Below, piece after piece: positions 1 to 8,889 of a stretch of DNA of 64,000 nt. This stretch comes from a virus: IMG/VR virus record IMGVR_UViG_3300036652_000269, positions 1-64,000 of that record; one strand, given 5' to 3'. Positions within the stretch are counted from its first letter, which is position 1. Every line of letters starts with the position of its first letter. The notes beneath the pieces were generated by a model. The model did not search any database and was not told the DNA's origin. It saw only the letters and a program-made list of their open reading frames with translations. The position numbers and the translations under genes are program-made.

Positions 1-91
1 AGAGTTGACGCTGAACACCACGGCTTCGGCGTTGGGAGTGTCATCGAAGTCGTCGTGCTGCACTACGTGGATGCGTGTGGTCATGCTGTCG

Positions 92-946
92 TCACTTCTT
101 TCTGGTTACGAACCGACGCTTGGGTGCGTCGGCTGGCTTGGATGGGAGTGGTGCATCGGGATCGAAGTCATCCGGCACGATGACCCCGAACACGTTCTGG
201 TGCCAGTCGTCGCCCACCGTCCAAGTGGGGTCAGTCTGTTCTTGCAGTCCGGCGAGCAGGTCGGACACCTGTTCGTCGGCGTCTGTAGCGGCCGCTGCGT
301 TGATCACGGCCATGTCCAGGTCTTGGACTGCCACCCCGGCCCGTTGGCCCGTCTGCGTGGCTTGTACGGCTGTCCTGGGCACGTCCGGTCGGGCGGGCAT
401 CACGATGTCGCGTCGTGGGGCCCGGTCACGTTCGGCCTGATGCAACGAACCGGGGTACTTGGGGTGGTTGAGGCCCCATTCTTCACCGGCCAGCTGTGCG
501 ACTATCGAATCGAAAATGTATTCGACCGAGCGACCTGCTGTGATACCCCGCTTGCACCGGCACAAGTGGATGTCCAGTGCTGCGCAGACCCCGCAGGTGA
601 ACCATGCCACGTGCAGGTCGTCGGGCATCACGGTGACCATGCAGGCGGGTCGCCCTGTCTCCTTGACAACCCGGTAGTAGGTGTTCGGCGGGACCATCGG
701 CTGATACACCGGGGGATAGATCGATGGTGCCATTGCCAGCGGCACCAACACGGTGTCGGTCCGGTGCTTATCCCGCTTCGATCCCTGTGGAGGCTTGGGC
801 CAGTTCTTCAGGTTGTACGTCGGCGTCCGTTCAGGTAGCTGCCGTTGCCGTTTGGTTGCTGGTTGCATCCGACGCATGGCGGGTGCTGGTGGTGGTGTTG
901 GTTCTACATCCCGCTTCGTGAGAGGTAGGAGGCGACGCCGTGCCAT
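92..946 (-). CDS. hypothetical protein with Cys cluster (CGVC...CRC), basic N-terminus and acidic C-terminus
   Basis: 284 aa ORF with RBS-like GGGAAGGGAA upstream; co-oriented with neighbours. Confidence 0.7.
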   Translation of the reverse strand: MARRRLLPLTKRDVEPTPPPAPAMRRMQPATKRQRQLPERTPTYNLKNWPKPPQGSKRDKHRTDTVLVPLAMAPSIYPPVYQPMVPPNTYYRVVKETGRPACMVTVMPDDLHVAWFTCGVCAALDIHLCRCKRGITAGRSVEYIFDSIVAQLAGEEWGLNHPKYPGSLHQAERDRAPRRDIVMPARPDVPRTAVQATQTGQRAGVAVQDLDMAVINAAAATDADEQVSDLLAGLQEQTDPTWTVGDDWHQNVFGVIVPDDFDPDAPLPSKPADAPKRRFVTRKK

Positions 947-967
947 GGGGTTCCCTTCCCGTGTTCG

Positions 968-1426
968 TCACTTAGACAGTGGACGAAGACGACGCAACTG
1001 CTTGGGAGGGGCTGCGTCAGGTGTCTTCTTGACAGTCATCTTGCGTTTGGTGCTGGGTGCTGCGATGTCCAGGGCCAGCTGCGTGCTGGCCTTGAGTGTG
1101 GTGCTGCCCTTGCCGTATTCAGCAAGCAACGTGCCGTCGGGGGCATACACCCTGGCCAGTCGTCGCGGTCCACTCTGTGACTTGGCGAAGAACTGCGCCC
1201 CGTCTTCGGATGGGAAGGCGTAGGTGTTGTCAGGGTTCAAGAAGTCAAGCGGGCCCAGATACACCGACCAATACGTGGTGCGCTTGGTCGTATGTGTGAG
1301 TGCTGGCATCGGATGTGCCGGGCGTTCGATCCCCGGTCGCATGGTCCGGGGTCGTTCGCTGCCTGACAATGCGGGCTTGGGTGCTGGCTTCTTCGTCAGG
1401 ACCATCCGGCGTTTGGCTGGTGGCAT
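968..1426 (-). CDS. hypothetical basic protein
   Basis: Start re-assigned to ATG at 1426, downstream of AGAAAGGA RBS. Confidence 0.65.
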   Translation of the reverse strand: MPPAKRRMVLTKKPAPKPALSGSERPRTMRPGIERPAHPMPALTHTTKRTTYWSVYLGPLDFLNPDNTYAFPSEDGAQFFAKSQSGPRRLARVYAPDGTLLAEYGKGSTTLKASTQLALDIAAPSTKRKMTVKKTPDAAPPKQLRRLRPLSK

Positions 1427-1652
1427 CGGTTCCTTTCTGACTCCATGTACTGAGCACGATGGCACAGCGGATACACGTCACCGTGGCGGTGTTCGACACC
1501 CGCTTGCCGTGGATGAACCGGTCGGAGCACAGTGGGATCAACTGCCGACCGATGTTGGTTGTCATGATGCGAACTAAGTGGACCCGCCCCGATGACCACT
1601 TCGATGGTGTCGCTTCCCACTTGTACAGCCGGATGGTGCTGTTATCCCCCAC
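1245..1652 (-). CDS. small Zn-finger-like protein (H..C..VTCIRC); 3' end overlaps the next gene
   Basis: Fills the gap 1426-1671; CxxC motif. Confidence 0.45.
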   Translation of the reverse strand: MGDNSTIRLYKWEATPSKWSSGRVHLVRIMTTNIGRQLIPLCSDRFIHGKRVSNTATVTCIRCAIVLSTWSQKGTDATSQTPDGPDEEASTQARIVRQRTTPDHATGDRTPGTSDASTHTYDQAHHVLVGVSGPA

Positions 1653-1670
1653 GACTTTGGTCCGCCTTGT

Positions 1671-2159
1671 CTACTTGATGGACGCCTTGATGAACGGGTT
1701 GACGGGGATGGTTGCAGAGCACGCTGCCAGATCGGCCACTTCGATTTCACCGGACTTGATGCAGGCGTCCAGCTTGGCCTTGTCCACCACGGGTGTAGTG
1801 ATCTTCCGCCACAGCACCGGGCCGATACGGGCTTTCAGCTTCTTCTCGTCCGTGACGATCTTGCCGTCGCTTTCCACCACCGTGACGGTGGCCCTGCGGC
1901 CATCGGGTAGCAACGTGGTGTGTGACTTGGGCCCGTTGCGCTTCGGACCACGGTTGGCAATCATCGTTTCGGCCACCGGGGTCTTGGCCTTCTCTGCCAT
2001 GTCGGAGAGTTCTTCGGCCCGCTTCTTGTAGTCCAGCCACACCACGATGGCTTCGTCCAGGTCCAAGTTGGGCTGGTCGTCGTCCTGCTCCGGTGGTTCC
2101 AGGACGATCTGGGGTCGTGGTCGGCGGGTGGGCTTCCTGGTTCGGGAGATGTCTGGCAT
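1671..2159 (-). CDS. hypothetical protein (coiled-coil followed by beta region; possibly Gam/Gp157-like)
   Basis: ATG at 2159 with AGAAAGGA RBS; family guess is weak. Confidence 0.6.
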   Translation of the reverse strand: MPDISRTRKPTRRPRPQIVLEPPEQDDDQPNLDLDEAIVVWLDYKKRAEELSDMAEKAKTPVAETMIANRGPKRNGPKSHTTLLPDGRRATVTVVESDGKIVTDEKKLKARIGPVLWRKITTPVVDKAKLDACIKSGEIEVADLAACSATIPVNPFIKASIK

Positions 2160-2184
2160 GGGTTTCCTTTCTGGTTGACAGTTA

Positions 2185-2838
2185 CTAATATATGAGGTGC
2201 TGGCGGATGTAACTCCTGGGCAGGTAGATCGGGGCCTGCGTTGCCCAGTTGTTGTGCCAGGCGCTGGTGGCAGGCGGTTCATCAAGGAGAACCCCTTGCA
2301 ACCTGCTAGGGCCAATACCGGTGATGCGGACACGCACCCCGGCCATCGCCTTTGGGCTTACCAACGAAATAGTGTGGCCGATCACGTCCGCACGCTTGAA
2401 CGTGCGTTCTTGCCCATCGGGGCACGCCATGCTGAAACATGCTCGTTCACTGTCATCGGCACTTGCCTGTCGGACGGTGGTAACCGGTGGATAGGTTGGT
2501 GGCAGCGTTAGGTTCGGCGTGGGTGGCAACTCGGATGCCCTGATCTTGTGGTGATCGGCAGCGGGTGGTTGTGCATCGGTGACCACCCCGGCCGAGCCAC
2601 CTGCCAGCTTGCGAATGACCGTGCCGTCATTGCCCACTTCCAGCAACTGTGCACCGGCTGTCAGTGTCCCGACATTGCGGTCGGCCCAGTTCGGGTCGAT
2701 CACGTCACGCCTGGTGAAGCACGCCTTGGCTATCTCCTTGATGTGCTTGTCCATGTGGCCCATCTTGATGGCGTCCAGCACTTGGCCGATTTCTGTATCC
2801 CAGAACTCGATTTCTTCTTCGTCACGTGCTGTGTGCAC
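2185..2838 (-). CDS. hypothetical protein
   Basis: 217 aa ORF; GAAAGGA RBS before a GTG start. Confidence 0.7.
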   Translation of the reverse strand: MHTARDEEEIEFWDTEIGQVLDAIKMGHMDKHIKEIAKACFTRRDVIDPNWADRNVGTLTAGAQLLEVGNDGTVIRKLAGGSAGVVTDAQPPAADHHKIRASELPPTPNLTLPPTYPPVTTVRQASADDSERACFSMACPDGQERTFKRADVIGHTISLVSPKAMAGVRVRITGIGPSRLQGVLLDEPPATSAWHNNWATQAPIYLPRSYIRQHLIY

Positions 2839-3106
2839 TTGGTGTCCTTTCGTACTTCCACCAGCGGGCCACGGTTTCGTCGTCCACTGTCATGCCACCA
2901 CGACCCAGCTTGGACAGGTTGTCCAAGAAGGTTTCCCGAGCCCACCGACTACGGGTGGGCAAGTCCTGCTGGGTGATGACCGTCATTCCTTCGACATCGG
3001 GGAAGTCGTGCATGACGCAGGTGTCCAGGATGCGGGCCACGGGTGCAAGCCTTTCGACCTGCACCCGGTAGTCGTTGACCTTCGCCTTGTAGGTATCCGT
3101 GTTCAT
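2822..3106 (-). CDS. hypothetical protein
   Basis: ATGA overlap with the stop of the VWA gene; AAGGAAG RBS. Confidence 0.65.
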   Translation of the reverse strand: MNTDTYKAKVNDYRVQVERLAPVARILDTCVMHDFPDVEGMTVITQQDLPTRSRWARETFLDNLSKLGRGGMTVDDETVARWWKYERTPSAHST

Positions 3107-5169
3107 CGGGCTTCCTTGATGATGGCCTTGACCAGCTTGGTCGTCGTCGGAACCATGTCCAGCGCCGACATGATCGGGTAGAAGTGCTGACAACTGTGAG
3201 CTTGTTCCTTGCGCCATCTGGCAGTGTCGGCAGGTTTCAAGAAGGTCGGAATGTACCCGTCCAGGTAGTACATGGTCGTAATCACTCCGGCAGTGTTCAG
3301 TTGCTGGGTAATCCGATCTGGGCGAGTGTCATACCATCCGCCATCTGTCATCAAGACAAGCAGCTTGTGCTTGCGCTTGGACAGACCGAAGATGCGACGT
3401 GCATCCTGTAGGACCGCTGTCGGGTCGGTGCCACCATCGTGCTTGAAGAGTCGAAACGCAGTCTTGTTGGTCTTTGCACCGTGTTCGTACATCGACCAGC
3501 CGACGCTGTTATACGCCAGCACGGTGGACGTGACGCCGATGGATTCGAACGCCGCCTTCATCATCCACAGCGACTGGCTGAGTGTGTACATCTCATTCGC
3601 CATAGATCCGCTGATGTCGCAGCAGAACACCACTTCGATGTCCGTGGCGTCGTTGACTCCTTCGTCCCACTGGTCGTGGATCGTTTCCAAATCCCCACCA
3701 CGGATCACCCGCTGCATGTTGATGCGACCCGACGCCTGGTGCGTGTGCCAGCCGGGGTCATGAATCTGAGCCAACTGGGCCAACTGCCGGGCGATGGTAC
3801 GCATCCCCGCCACCATGGTCGGTTCGACAGGTGTCAGCCGGAACTTCAATGGAGGCAAGTTGTTGGACGGACCAAGGTTGCGCATCGACTGCTGCTTCTG
3901 CCTGACGTCATCCTGCACGTCGTCGATGCTTTCGGACTGCTTGACTGCCTCTTCCATCATCTTCCGGATAGCGTCCATCGGTGGCACACCTGGGTCGTTG
4001 CCACCGGTCAGGCTTGTCCCGCTGCCCGGCGTGTCGTTAGCCGGTGTGTCATCTTCACCAACACAAGCACCGTCATCCATATCAGGATCACTGCCCCGAT
4101 AACCAGGAGCAGTGTCACCTTCAGACTGATCGCCAGCATCCACATCACCAGACCCGCTATCCCCCGACCCAGCATCGCTGTCGTCTTCCACGCCAGGATC
4201 GCCAGGAACACCTGCATCATCGCCGTCGCCCTCTTCTGAATCCTGCTTGTCGCCCGGCTTGCTGTCGGGCTTGCCGTTCTGCTTGCTGTCGCCCTGCTTA
4301 TCGTCCTGCTTGTCATCCTGCTGCTGACCACCCCGAGCCGGTTCATCCTTGGCTTCCTTGGCAGCTTCGGCAGCAGCTTCTTCTGCCCACTGCGCAGCGT
4401 CGGCTGCATTGCGCTGTGCCTTGTCGCTCATCGGACGGCCCTTGTTCACTTCTTCGGGACGGCCCTTGTTCTGATCGTTGCTGTGACCGTATGCGTCAGA
4501 CGGCGGGGCGATGGAAGACATAAGTGCACTGAACTCTTTCACCAGTTCGACAGCACGATCCATCTGCGCAGGCAGTGACAGGAACCGGTACTCATCGATC
4601 ACAGCCTTGAAAGCATCCAGCGATGCCTGGTCCATGAACGTGCGTTCCAACATGCGGCGGATGGCAGCGGGCAAGAACGTCCGACCATGGGCCAGCACGA
4701 ACGCGGTCTTGGACTGCGTGTGCAGGTCTTTCAGGCAGTAGCGGGTGAAGATGGACACGAAGTACGGAGCAGTAGACGGGAACAGCCCCGTCAGCATCGT
4801 TTCGATCCGCTGGTCTTCCAGGATGTTGAAATAATGCCAAGTGCCCATGCCCCTGAACTCTGCATACGCACCACCTACCTGTGCCGGTCGCGGCGTGTAC
4901 AAAATGTGAGCAAGTTCGTGGTAGTTCACCCCGGTCAACGCGACGATGCCTTCGACGGTGGACACCGGGGCGTTCAGCTGTGCCGTGTTGAACGTGATGA
5001 CCCTGCCGTCCGACCATGCCGGTGCCGGAGTGCTGTTGCTGACCAACACAACGTCGATGTCCCGTCCGGCCAGGATGCGGTCGGCACGTGCGAAGGTGCT
5101 GGCAAGTGCCTTCAACCGTTCTGTCTGGATGTCCATTGCGGTGAGCAGAGGTTTGATTGCTGTTGTCAT
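3103..5169 (-). CDS. VWA-domain protein (CobT-like) with N-terminal HExxH metallopeptidase-like domain and acidic linker
   Basis: HELAH motif and FNILEDQRIE; MIDAS motif DISGSM, GGT and MTDG; adjacent to a MoxR-type ATPase. Confidence 0.85.
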   Translation of the reverse strand: MTTAIKPLLTAMDIQTERLKALASTFARADRILAGRDIDVVLVSNSTPAPAWSDGRVITFNTAQLNAPVSTVEGIVALTGVNYHELAHILYTPRPAQVGGAYAEFRGMGTWHYFNILEDQRIETMLTGLFPSTAPYFVSIFTRYCLKDLHTQSKTAFVLAHGRTFLPAAIRRMLERTFMDQASLDAFKAVIDEYRFLSLPAQMDRAVELVKEFSALMSSIAPPSDAYGHSNDQNKGRPEEVNKGRPMSDKAQRNAADAAQWAEEAAAEAAKEAKDEPARGGQQQDDKQDDKQGDSKQNGKPDSKPGDKQDSEEGDGDDAGVPGDPGVEDDSDAGSGDSGSGDVDAGDQSEGDTAPGYRGSDPDMDDGACVGEDDTPANDTPGSGTSLTGGNDPGVPPMDAIRKMMEEAVKQSESIDDVQDDVRQKQQSMRNLGPSNNLPPLKFRLTPVEPTMVAGMRTIARQLAQLAQIHDPGWHTHQASGRINMQRVIRGGDLETIHDQWDEGVNDATDIEVVFCCDISGSMANEMYTLSQSLWMMKAAFESIGVTSTVLAYNSVGWSMYEHGAKTNKTAFRLFKHDGGTDPTAVLQDARRIFGLSKRKHKLLVLMTDGGWYDTRPDRITQQLNTAGVITTMYYLDGYIPTFLKPADTARWRKEQAHSCQHFYPIMSALDMVPTTTKLVKAIIKEAR

Positions 5170-5183
5170 CGTGATACCGCCCG

Positions 5184-6260
5184 TCACTTGCCGTCGTCGC
5201 TGGCGTCGTCTTTGTCGTTGTCTTCTACCCAGTTGACACCGAACACGCCCCAGTCGGGATCGACATCGCCGATCCGCCAGGTGCGTCCAGTCTCTCTGTC
5301 GTACCACGTGCTGTCGCGTGTGTAGCCGGGTTCGATTTCGTCGTCCGGCACTTCGACGTGTTCGATGGGCGGCAGCAGTTCGTTCTCAATGTTCGCCCGC
5401 ATCGTGTCGAACACCAGCTTGATCGGTGACCGTTCGTCCTGGCTGAAGTGATTGACGAAGTTCATCACCGCGATGTCCATGCCGATGCCACGAGCAACGT
5501 CTTCGAACTCGATCAGCATGTTGGTGCTGACCGGGGTTTCGAACTCCCCCTGTTCGACGCGGGACCGTATGTCGTTAGCAGCCTGCCGCAGTGTGTCACT
5601 ACTAACGAGTTTCTTTTCGACAGCGGCGTCGTAGTCCCACTTCAGTTGGATGCTGAACCGATTGCGCAGGGCAGCGTTCATTTCCGTGGTGCCCTGGTAG
5701 CCGGGGTTCATGTCCGCGATGATGAACAGGTCTTCGTGAGCCCGGATGATTTCACCTTCGTGGTCCAGCAGGACGATTTCACGACGGCGGTCCAGCAAGC
5801 CGAACATGACGGTGGCCACACGCGGCGGGGTGAAGTTGATTTCGTTCCAGAGCAACACGCCACCGTGCCGCACCACGTAAGTGACCGGACCGTCCACCCA
5901 CTTGAATCCGCCACCCGGTTCCGGCACGTGCTTGCCGAACAGCTGCGACGGTTCGATGCCCACGTTCGACGGGATCGACGCCATCATGAGTCCGTTCTTG
6001 GCGGCGTACGCAGTGACAGCCATCGTCTTGGCTGCACCGGTCGGTCCTTCAAGGAGGACGTTCTTCTTGGTCGCCATCGCGTAGTCGAAGATGGCGAAGT
6101 CAGGGGTGCCGTGGAACTTGCGGCCAACGTACTCTTTGAAGACTTCCTTAGGTGGGACACGTGCAGGCTGCACTGGGTGCATCTTCGATTCCAGCGATGC
6201 GGGAGTCTTCGTACGGGTCGTGGTCGTACGGGTCATAGGACGGGTCATCTTGGGTTCCAT
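5184..6260 (-). CDS. MoxR/CbbQ/CobS-like AAA+ ATPase
   Basis: GPTGAAKT Walker A, WVDGPV, LLWNEIN (Walker B variant), MNPGYQG, ALRNRF arginine finger. Confidence 0.9.
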   Translation of the reverse strand: MEPKMTRPMTRTTTTRTKTPASLESKMHPVQPARVPPKEVFKEYVGRKFHGTPDFAIFDYAMATKKNVLLEGPTGAAKTMAVTAYAAKNGLMMASIPSNVGIEPSQLFGKHVPEPGGGFKWVDGPVTYVVRHGGVLLWNEINFTPPRVATVMFGLLDRRREIVLLDHEGEIIRAHEDLFIIADMNPGYQGTTEMNAALRNRFSIQLKWDYDAAVEKKLVSSDTLRQAANDIRSRVEQGEFETPVSTNMLIEFEDVARGIGMDIAVMNFVNHFSQDERSPIKLVFDTMRANIENELLPPIEHVEVPDDEIEPGYTRDSTWYDRETGRTWRIGDVDPDWGVFGVNWVEDNDKDDASDDGK

Positions 6261-6339
6261 TCATTTGTTGAGGTAGGTGACCATCGTGTTTGGTACCACT
6301 GACACTTTCTATGTGCTAACTACGGGTGGTGACTAGCTA

Positions 6340-6357
6340 AGCCCCCTTTAGGGGGCT
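6340..6357 (-). terminator. GC hairpin at end of the upstream gene
   Basis: AGCCCCC-TTTA-GGGGGCT inverted repeat. Confidence 0.45.
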
Positions 6358-6847
6358 AGGCCCCACCCGGTTGCCCAGCTGAGTCATGGGTGGGTAGTGG
6401 ACCGAAGTCGAAGTTCGGTGCCTTGACTTGCACTTCGATACCTTCGTAGAAGGAGTACAACTCCTGATCCCCCACGCCCACCATGCTGGGTGTGGACTTG
6501 TCCACGTTCACCCACCACTGACGATGAGTCATGTCACCCATCTTGTTCAGCGGGCCGCGGACCGTGATGTTGTCAGGTAGAAAGTCGTTCATCCTGGTCA
6601 GGGTCAGCCGGGTGAAGTAGCCACCGGTTTGGAGCTTGGCGTACCAATGGCCGGTGTCTGCATCGCGGCGGTAGGTGACCACGTTGGTGTTGTGCACCCG
6701 CACCGTAATGGTCAACGGGTCCGTCCACACCATGCCGATGTAGGTGTTGTTTTGTAGCTTCGCTTGTGCCGATGACATCGGAGTCTGCCCTGGCGTCCAG
6801 CCTAAGTGCGCAGCGACCACGTCAAGCGGGTGGGTGTGCGACTTCAT
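6356..6847 (-). CDS. hypothetical phage protein (GGYFTRLTLTRMN motif)
   Basis: 163 aa ORF, coupled to the upstream gene. Confidence 0.7.
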   Translation of the reverse strand: MKSHTHPLDVVAAHLGWTPGQTPMSSAQAKLQNNTYIGMVWTDPLTITVRVHNTNVVTYRRDADTGHWYAKLQTGGYFTRLTLTRMNDFLPDNITVRGPLNKMGDMTHRQWWVNVDKSTPSMVGVGDQELYSFYEGIEVQVKAPNFDFGPLPTHDSAGQPGGA

Positions 6848-7002
6848 TGTGTAGCTCCTTGAGATTCAGCATCGTCTGGGTGGTCGGCCATCCAGTCCCG
6901 TTCAGCAAGGTACTGGGCTGTGGCGTAATCGGGTTCGCCCCACATCAGGTAATCAATGAGGCGGACGGTGACGTAGCGTACGTGTTCCGATGTCTGTGCC
7001 AT
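6844..7002 (-). CDS. hypothetical small protein (MAQTSEHV...)
   Basis: TGATG and ATGA overlaps with both neighbours. Confidence 0.55.
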   Translation of the reverse strand: MAQTSEHVRYVTVRLIDYLMWGEPDYATAQYLAERDWMADHPDDAESQGATQ

Positions 7003-7100
7003 CAGGTCGTCGCCACCAACAACACGATGTAGACGCCGACCACCCCGAGCCCGAACAGCGCGATCTGGCCGATGCGAAACTTGATCAGCTGCCGGTTCAT
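7002..7100 (-). CDS. 32-aa single-pass membrane peptide (MNRQLIKFRIGQIALFGLGVVGVYIVLLVATT)
   Basis: Translated by hand, below the ORF track cutoff; GGAGG RBS; overlapping start and stop codons on both sides. Confidence 0.6.
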   Translation of the reverse strand: MNRQLIKFRIGQIALFGLGVVGVYIVLLVATT

Positions 7101-7288
7101 TCGCCAACCTCCAACTTCCAGCTGCCGATCCTGTTGCCGTTGGTGTCCAGGATCGATTGGGTCTTGTTGTCCGCACCATGGTCCAAGACCTGCTGCGCAG
7201 TCTTGATGAGTATCCGGGCCAACTCCTGTTGGGTGTCTTCGGCAAGGACTTCGTTGTCACTGGCGATCATCAGGGTGAACCTAGGCAT
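7097..7288 (-). CDS. hypothetical protein
   Basis: 63 aa; GAAAGGT RBS; ILDTNGNRIGSW motif typical of small phage proteins. Confidence 0.7.
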   Translation of the reverse strand: MPRFTLMIASDNEVLAEDTQQELARILIKTAQQVLDHGADNKTQSILDTNGNRIGSWKLEVGE

Positions 7289-7323
7289 ATCGTTCTACCT
7301 TTCGCGTTGGGATGTCGGGTGCT

Positions 7324-7671
7324 TTACAGAGTGTCGAGTGCGGCCTTGACTTGCTGGCGGAAGTCGTCGTTGGTCTTCAGCCCGATCAGTTCGCACCGCC
7401 GGATGAAGGTGTCAAGTGCTTCGTCCTTGGGGTCGGGCGTTTCGTACTCTTCGATGGGGTCACTGAGCTTCCCCACTTTCGATTCGTAAACGTGCCAGTT
7501 GCCATATGTGGTTTGCCAGTGCACCTTGCTGATCTGTTCCCAGACCACCTTGGTGCCTGAGCCCCGCTGGGCTTCGTCCAGAGTCTTCATGACCCCTAGC
7601 ACGACTGGGGTGGGTTCAGCTTCGTCGTCATCTGCTGCGTACACGTTGGTCACAAGCGTGAACAGTTTCAT
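7324..7671 (-). CDS. hypothetical protein
   Basis: ATG at 7671 after GAAAGGG RBS. Confidence 0.65.
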   Translation of the reverse strand: MKLFTLVTNVYAADDDEAEPTPVVLGVMKTLDEAQRGSGTKVVWEQISKVHWQTTYGNWHVYESKVGKLSDPIEEYETPDPKDEALDTFIRRCELIGLKTNDDFRQQVKAALDTL

Positions 7672-7731
7672 TGTGTGTAAGTTCCCTTTCCGTCTAAGTG
7701 CCGCATGGTTGTTTGTGTTGACCACCCCGAG

Positions 7732-8370
7732 CTAGTCCATCCGGCTGCCGGGGATCGCGTTGACACCTGCTGCGATCAACACGTCAGCGAACGCACGTGC
7801 GTAGGCCATCTTGCGTTCCAGCGACTGGTTGAAGTCGCGTACCCAGAGTTCGACGCCACCGTGGTAACCCTTGCGGCAGCCCTTGCTGTCCTTCAGATAG
7901 CGTGCGAATGATCCGTTGCCGGGGCGCACCGTGATCCAGGCGAAGCCACAGACGCCATCCATCACCGGTTCGTACCGCTTGATGATGGGAGAACTGTCAT
8001 CGAACGGGTTGGCACGCTGCACCACGTGCATGGGTACCGGCACTGCGTTGTTACCGGCCAGCATCCCTGCATCGTGCGCCACGCTGAACAGGAGTTCACA
8101 CTGGGTCCGGTCCATGGTGGGGCTGGTAGTCGGCTGCACTGGTTCCGGAACCGACACGACCTTCAGGCAGTAGCGGTGGAACATGTTCAGTGGAGTACGC
8201 ACTTGCATCCGCAGGTCGTCCAGCGAATAGACCGTGTTGCGGGCGGCGGACACACTGGTGATTGTCAGTGTCTTGGGCTTGCCGTCCCAGGTGTGGCGTA
8301 GTGCGTGCTGCCACACCATCCCCTTGACCGGAGTGACCTTGTTGTCATTCGTGGTGACGTTGCTAGGCAT
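7732..8370 (-). CDS. conserved phage protein (CGFAW...QSLERKMAYARAFA...SRMD C-terminal domain)
   Basis: C-terminal motif I recall from many phages; GAAGGG RBS. Confidence 0.75.
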   Translation of the reverse strand: MPSNVTTNDNKVTPVKGMVWQHALRHTWDGKPKTLTITSVSAARNTVYSLDDLRMQVRTPLNMFHRYCLKVVSVPEPVQPTTSPTMDRTQCELLFSVAHDAGMLAGNNAVPVPMHVVQRANPFDDSSPIIKRYEPVMDGVCGFAWITVRPGNGSFARYLKDSKGCRKGYHGGVELWVRDFNQSLERKMAYARAFADVLIAAGVNAIPGSRMD

Positions 8371-8421
8371 GTGCGTCTACCCTTCGTGGTTGTGTGATTG
8401 ACAAGCGATGCCGAACGGGAC

Positions 8422-8667
8422 TTACAGACCACCCCGACCTGCGTATTCCAACAGAGCCTTGATGGACAACTGCTGCCCCGGCTTGCGTGGCAGCTTGCGG
8501 ACGACCTTGCGCTGGCCCCGGCTGTCAGTGGTGTACAAGTACAGCCACTGCCGGGTGTGAGCCATGTCGGTGATGCGGTACTGGTTGCCGCCGACACGAA
8601 TGACCCGCCCCACTACTTGGGTAACGGGTATCAGTTCGAAAGCCGCGATGGCGTGACCGTTGAACAC
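8422..8667 (-). CDS. hypothetical protein
   Basis: 81 aa ORF coupled to the upstream stop. Confidence 0.55.
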   Translation of the reverse strand: MFNGHAIAAFELIPVTQVVGRVIRVGGNQYRITDMAHTRQWLYLYTTDSRGQRKVVRKLPRKPGQQLSIKALLEYAGRGGL

Positions 8668-8867
8668 TAGAGTTCGCAGGCACAGGGTGACGTGTGGTGC
8701 CGAACGCAGACCGACCTTGGGGGCTGAAGCACTTTGCGTGCTTTGTGTGTAGCGGTTGGACGGCCATTAGTGGTCTTGCACCGCTGGCCCCTAAGTGCAC
8801 CGCAGAACGGGCACTTGACGTTCGTGGAGTGGTCACGTGAGTAGTTCGCATAACCTGGCTTGGACAT
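8667..8867 (-). CDS. phage zinc-finger protein (CPFCGALRGQRC...HKAR)
   Basis: CxxC-x7-C...H motif; ACGAAGGG RBS; first gene after the long leader. Confidence 0.7.
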   Translation of the reverse strand: MSKPGYANYSRDHSTNVKCPFCGALRGQRCKTTNGRPTATHKARKVLQPPRSVCVRHHTSPCACEL

Positions 8868-8889
8868 GTCGTACATCCCTTCGTGGTTG

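Noticed and set aside
5448-6302. Long plus-strand ORFs opposite real genes (also 5-838, 27834-28883, 32167-33252, 33647-34843, 36608-37504, 47820-48677)
   Set aside because: Antisense shadow frames caused by high GC3 codon bias; no motifs or RBS
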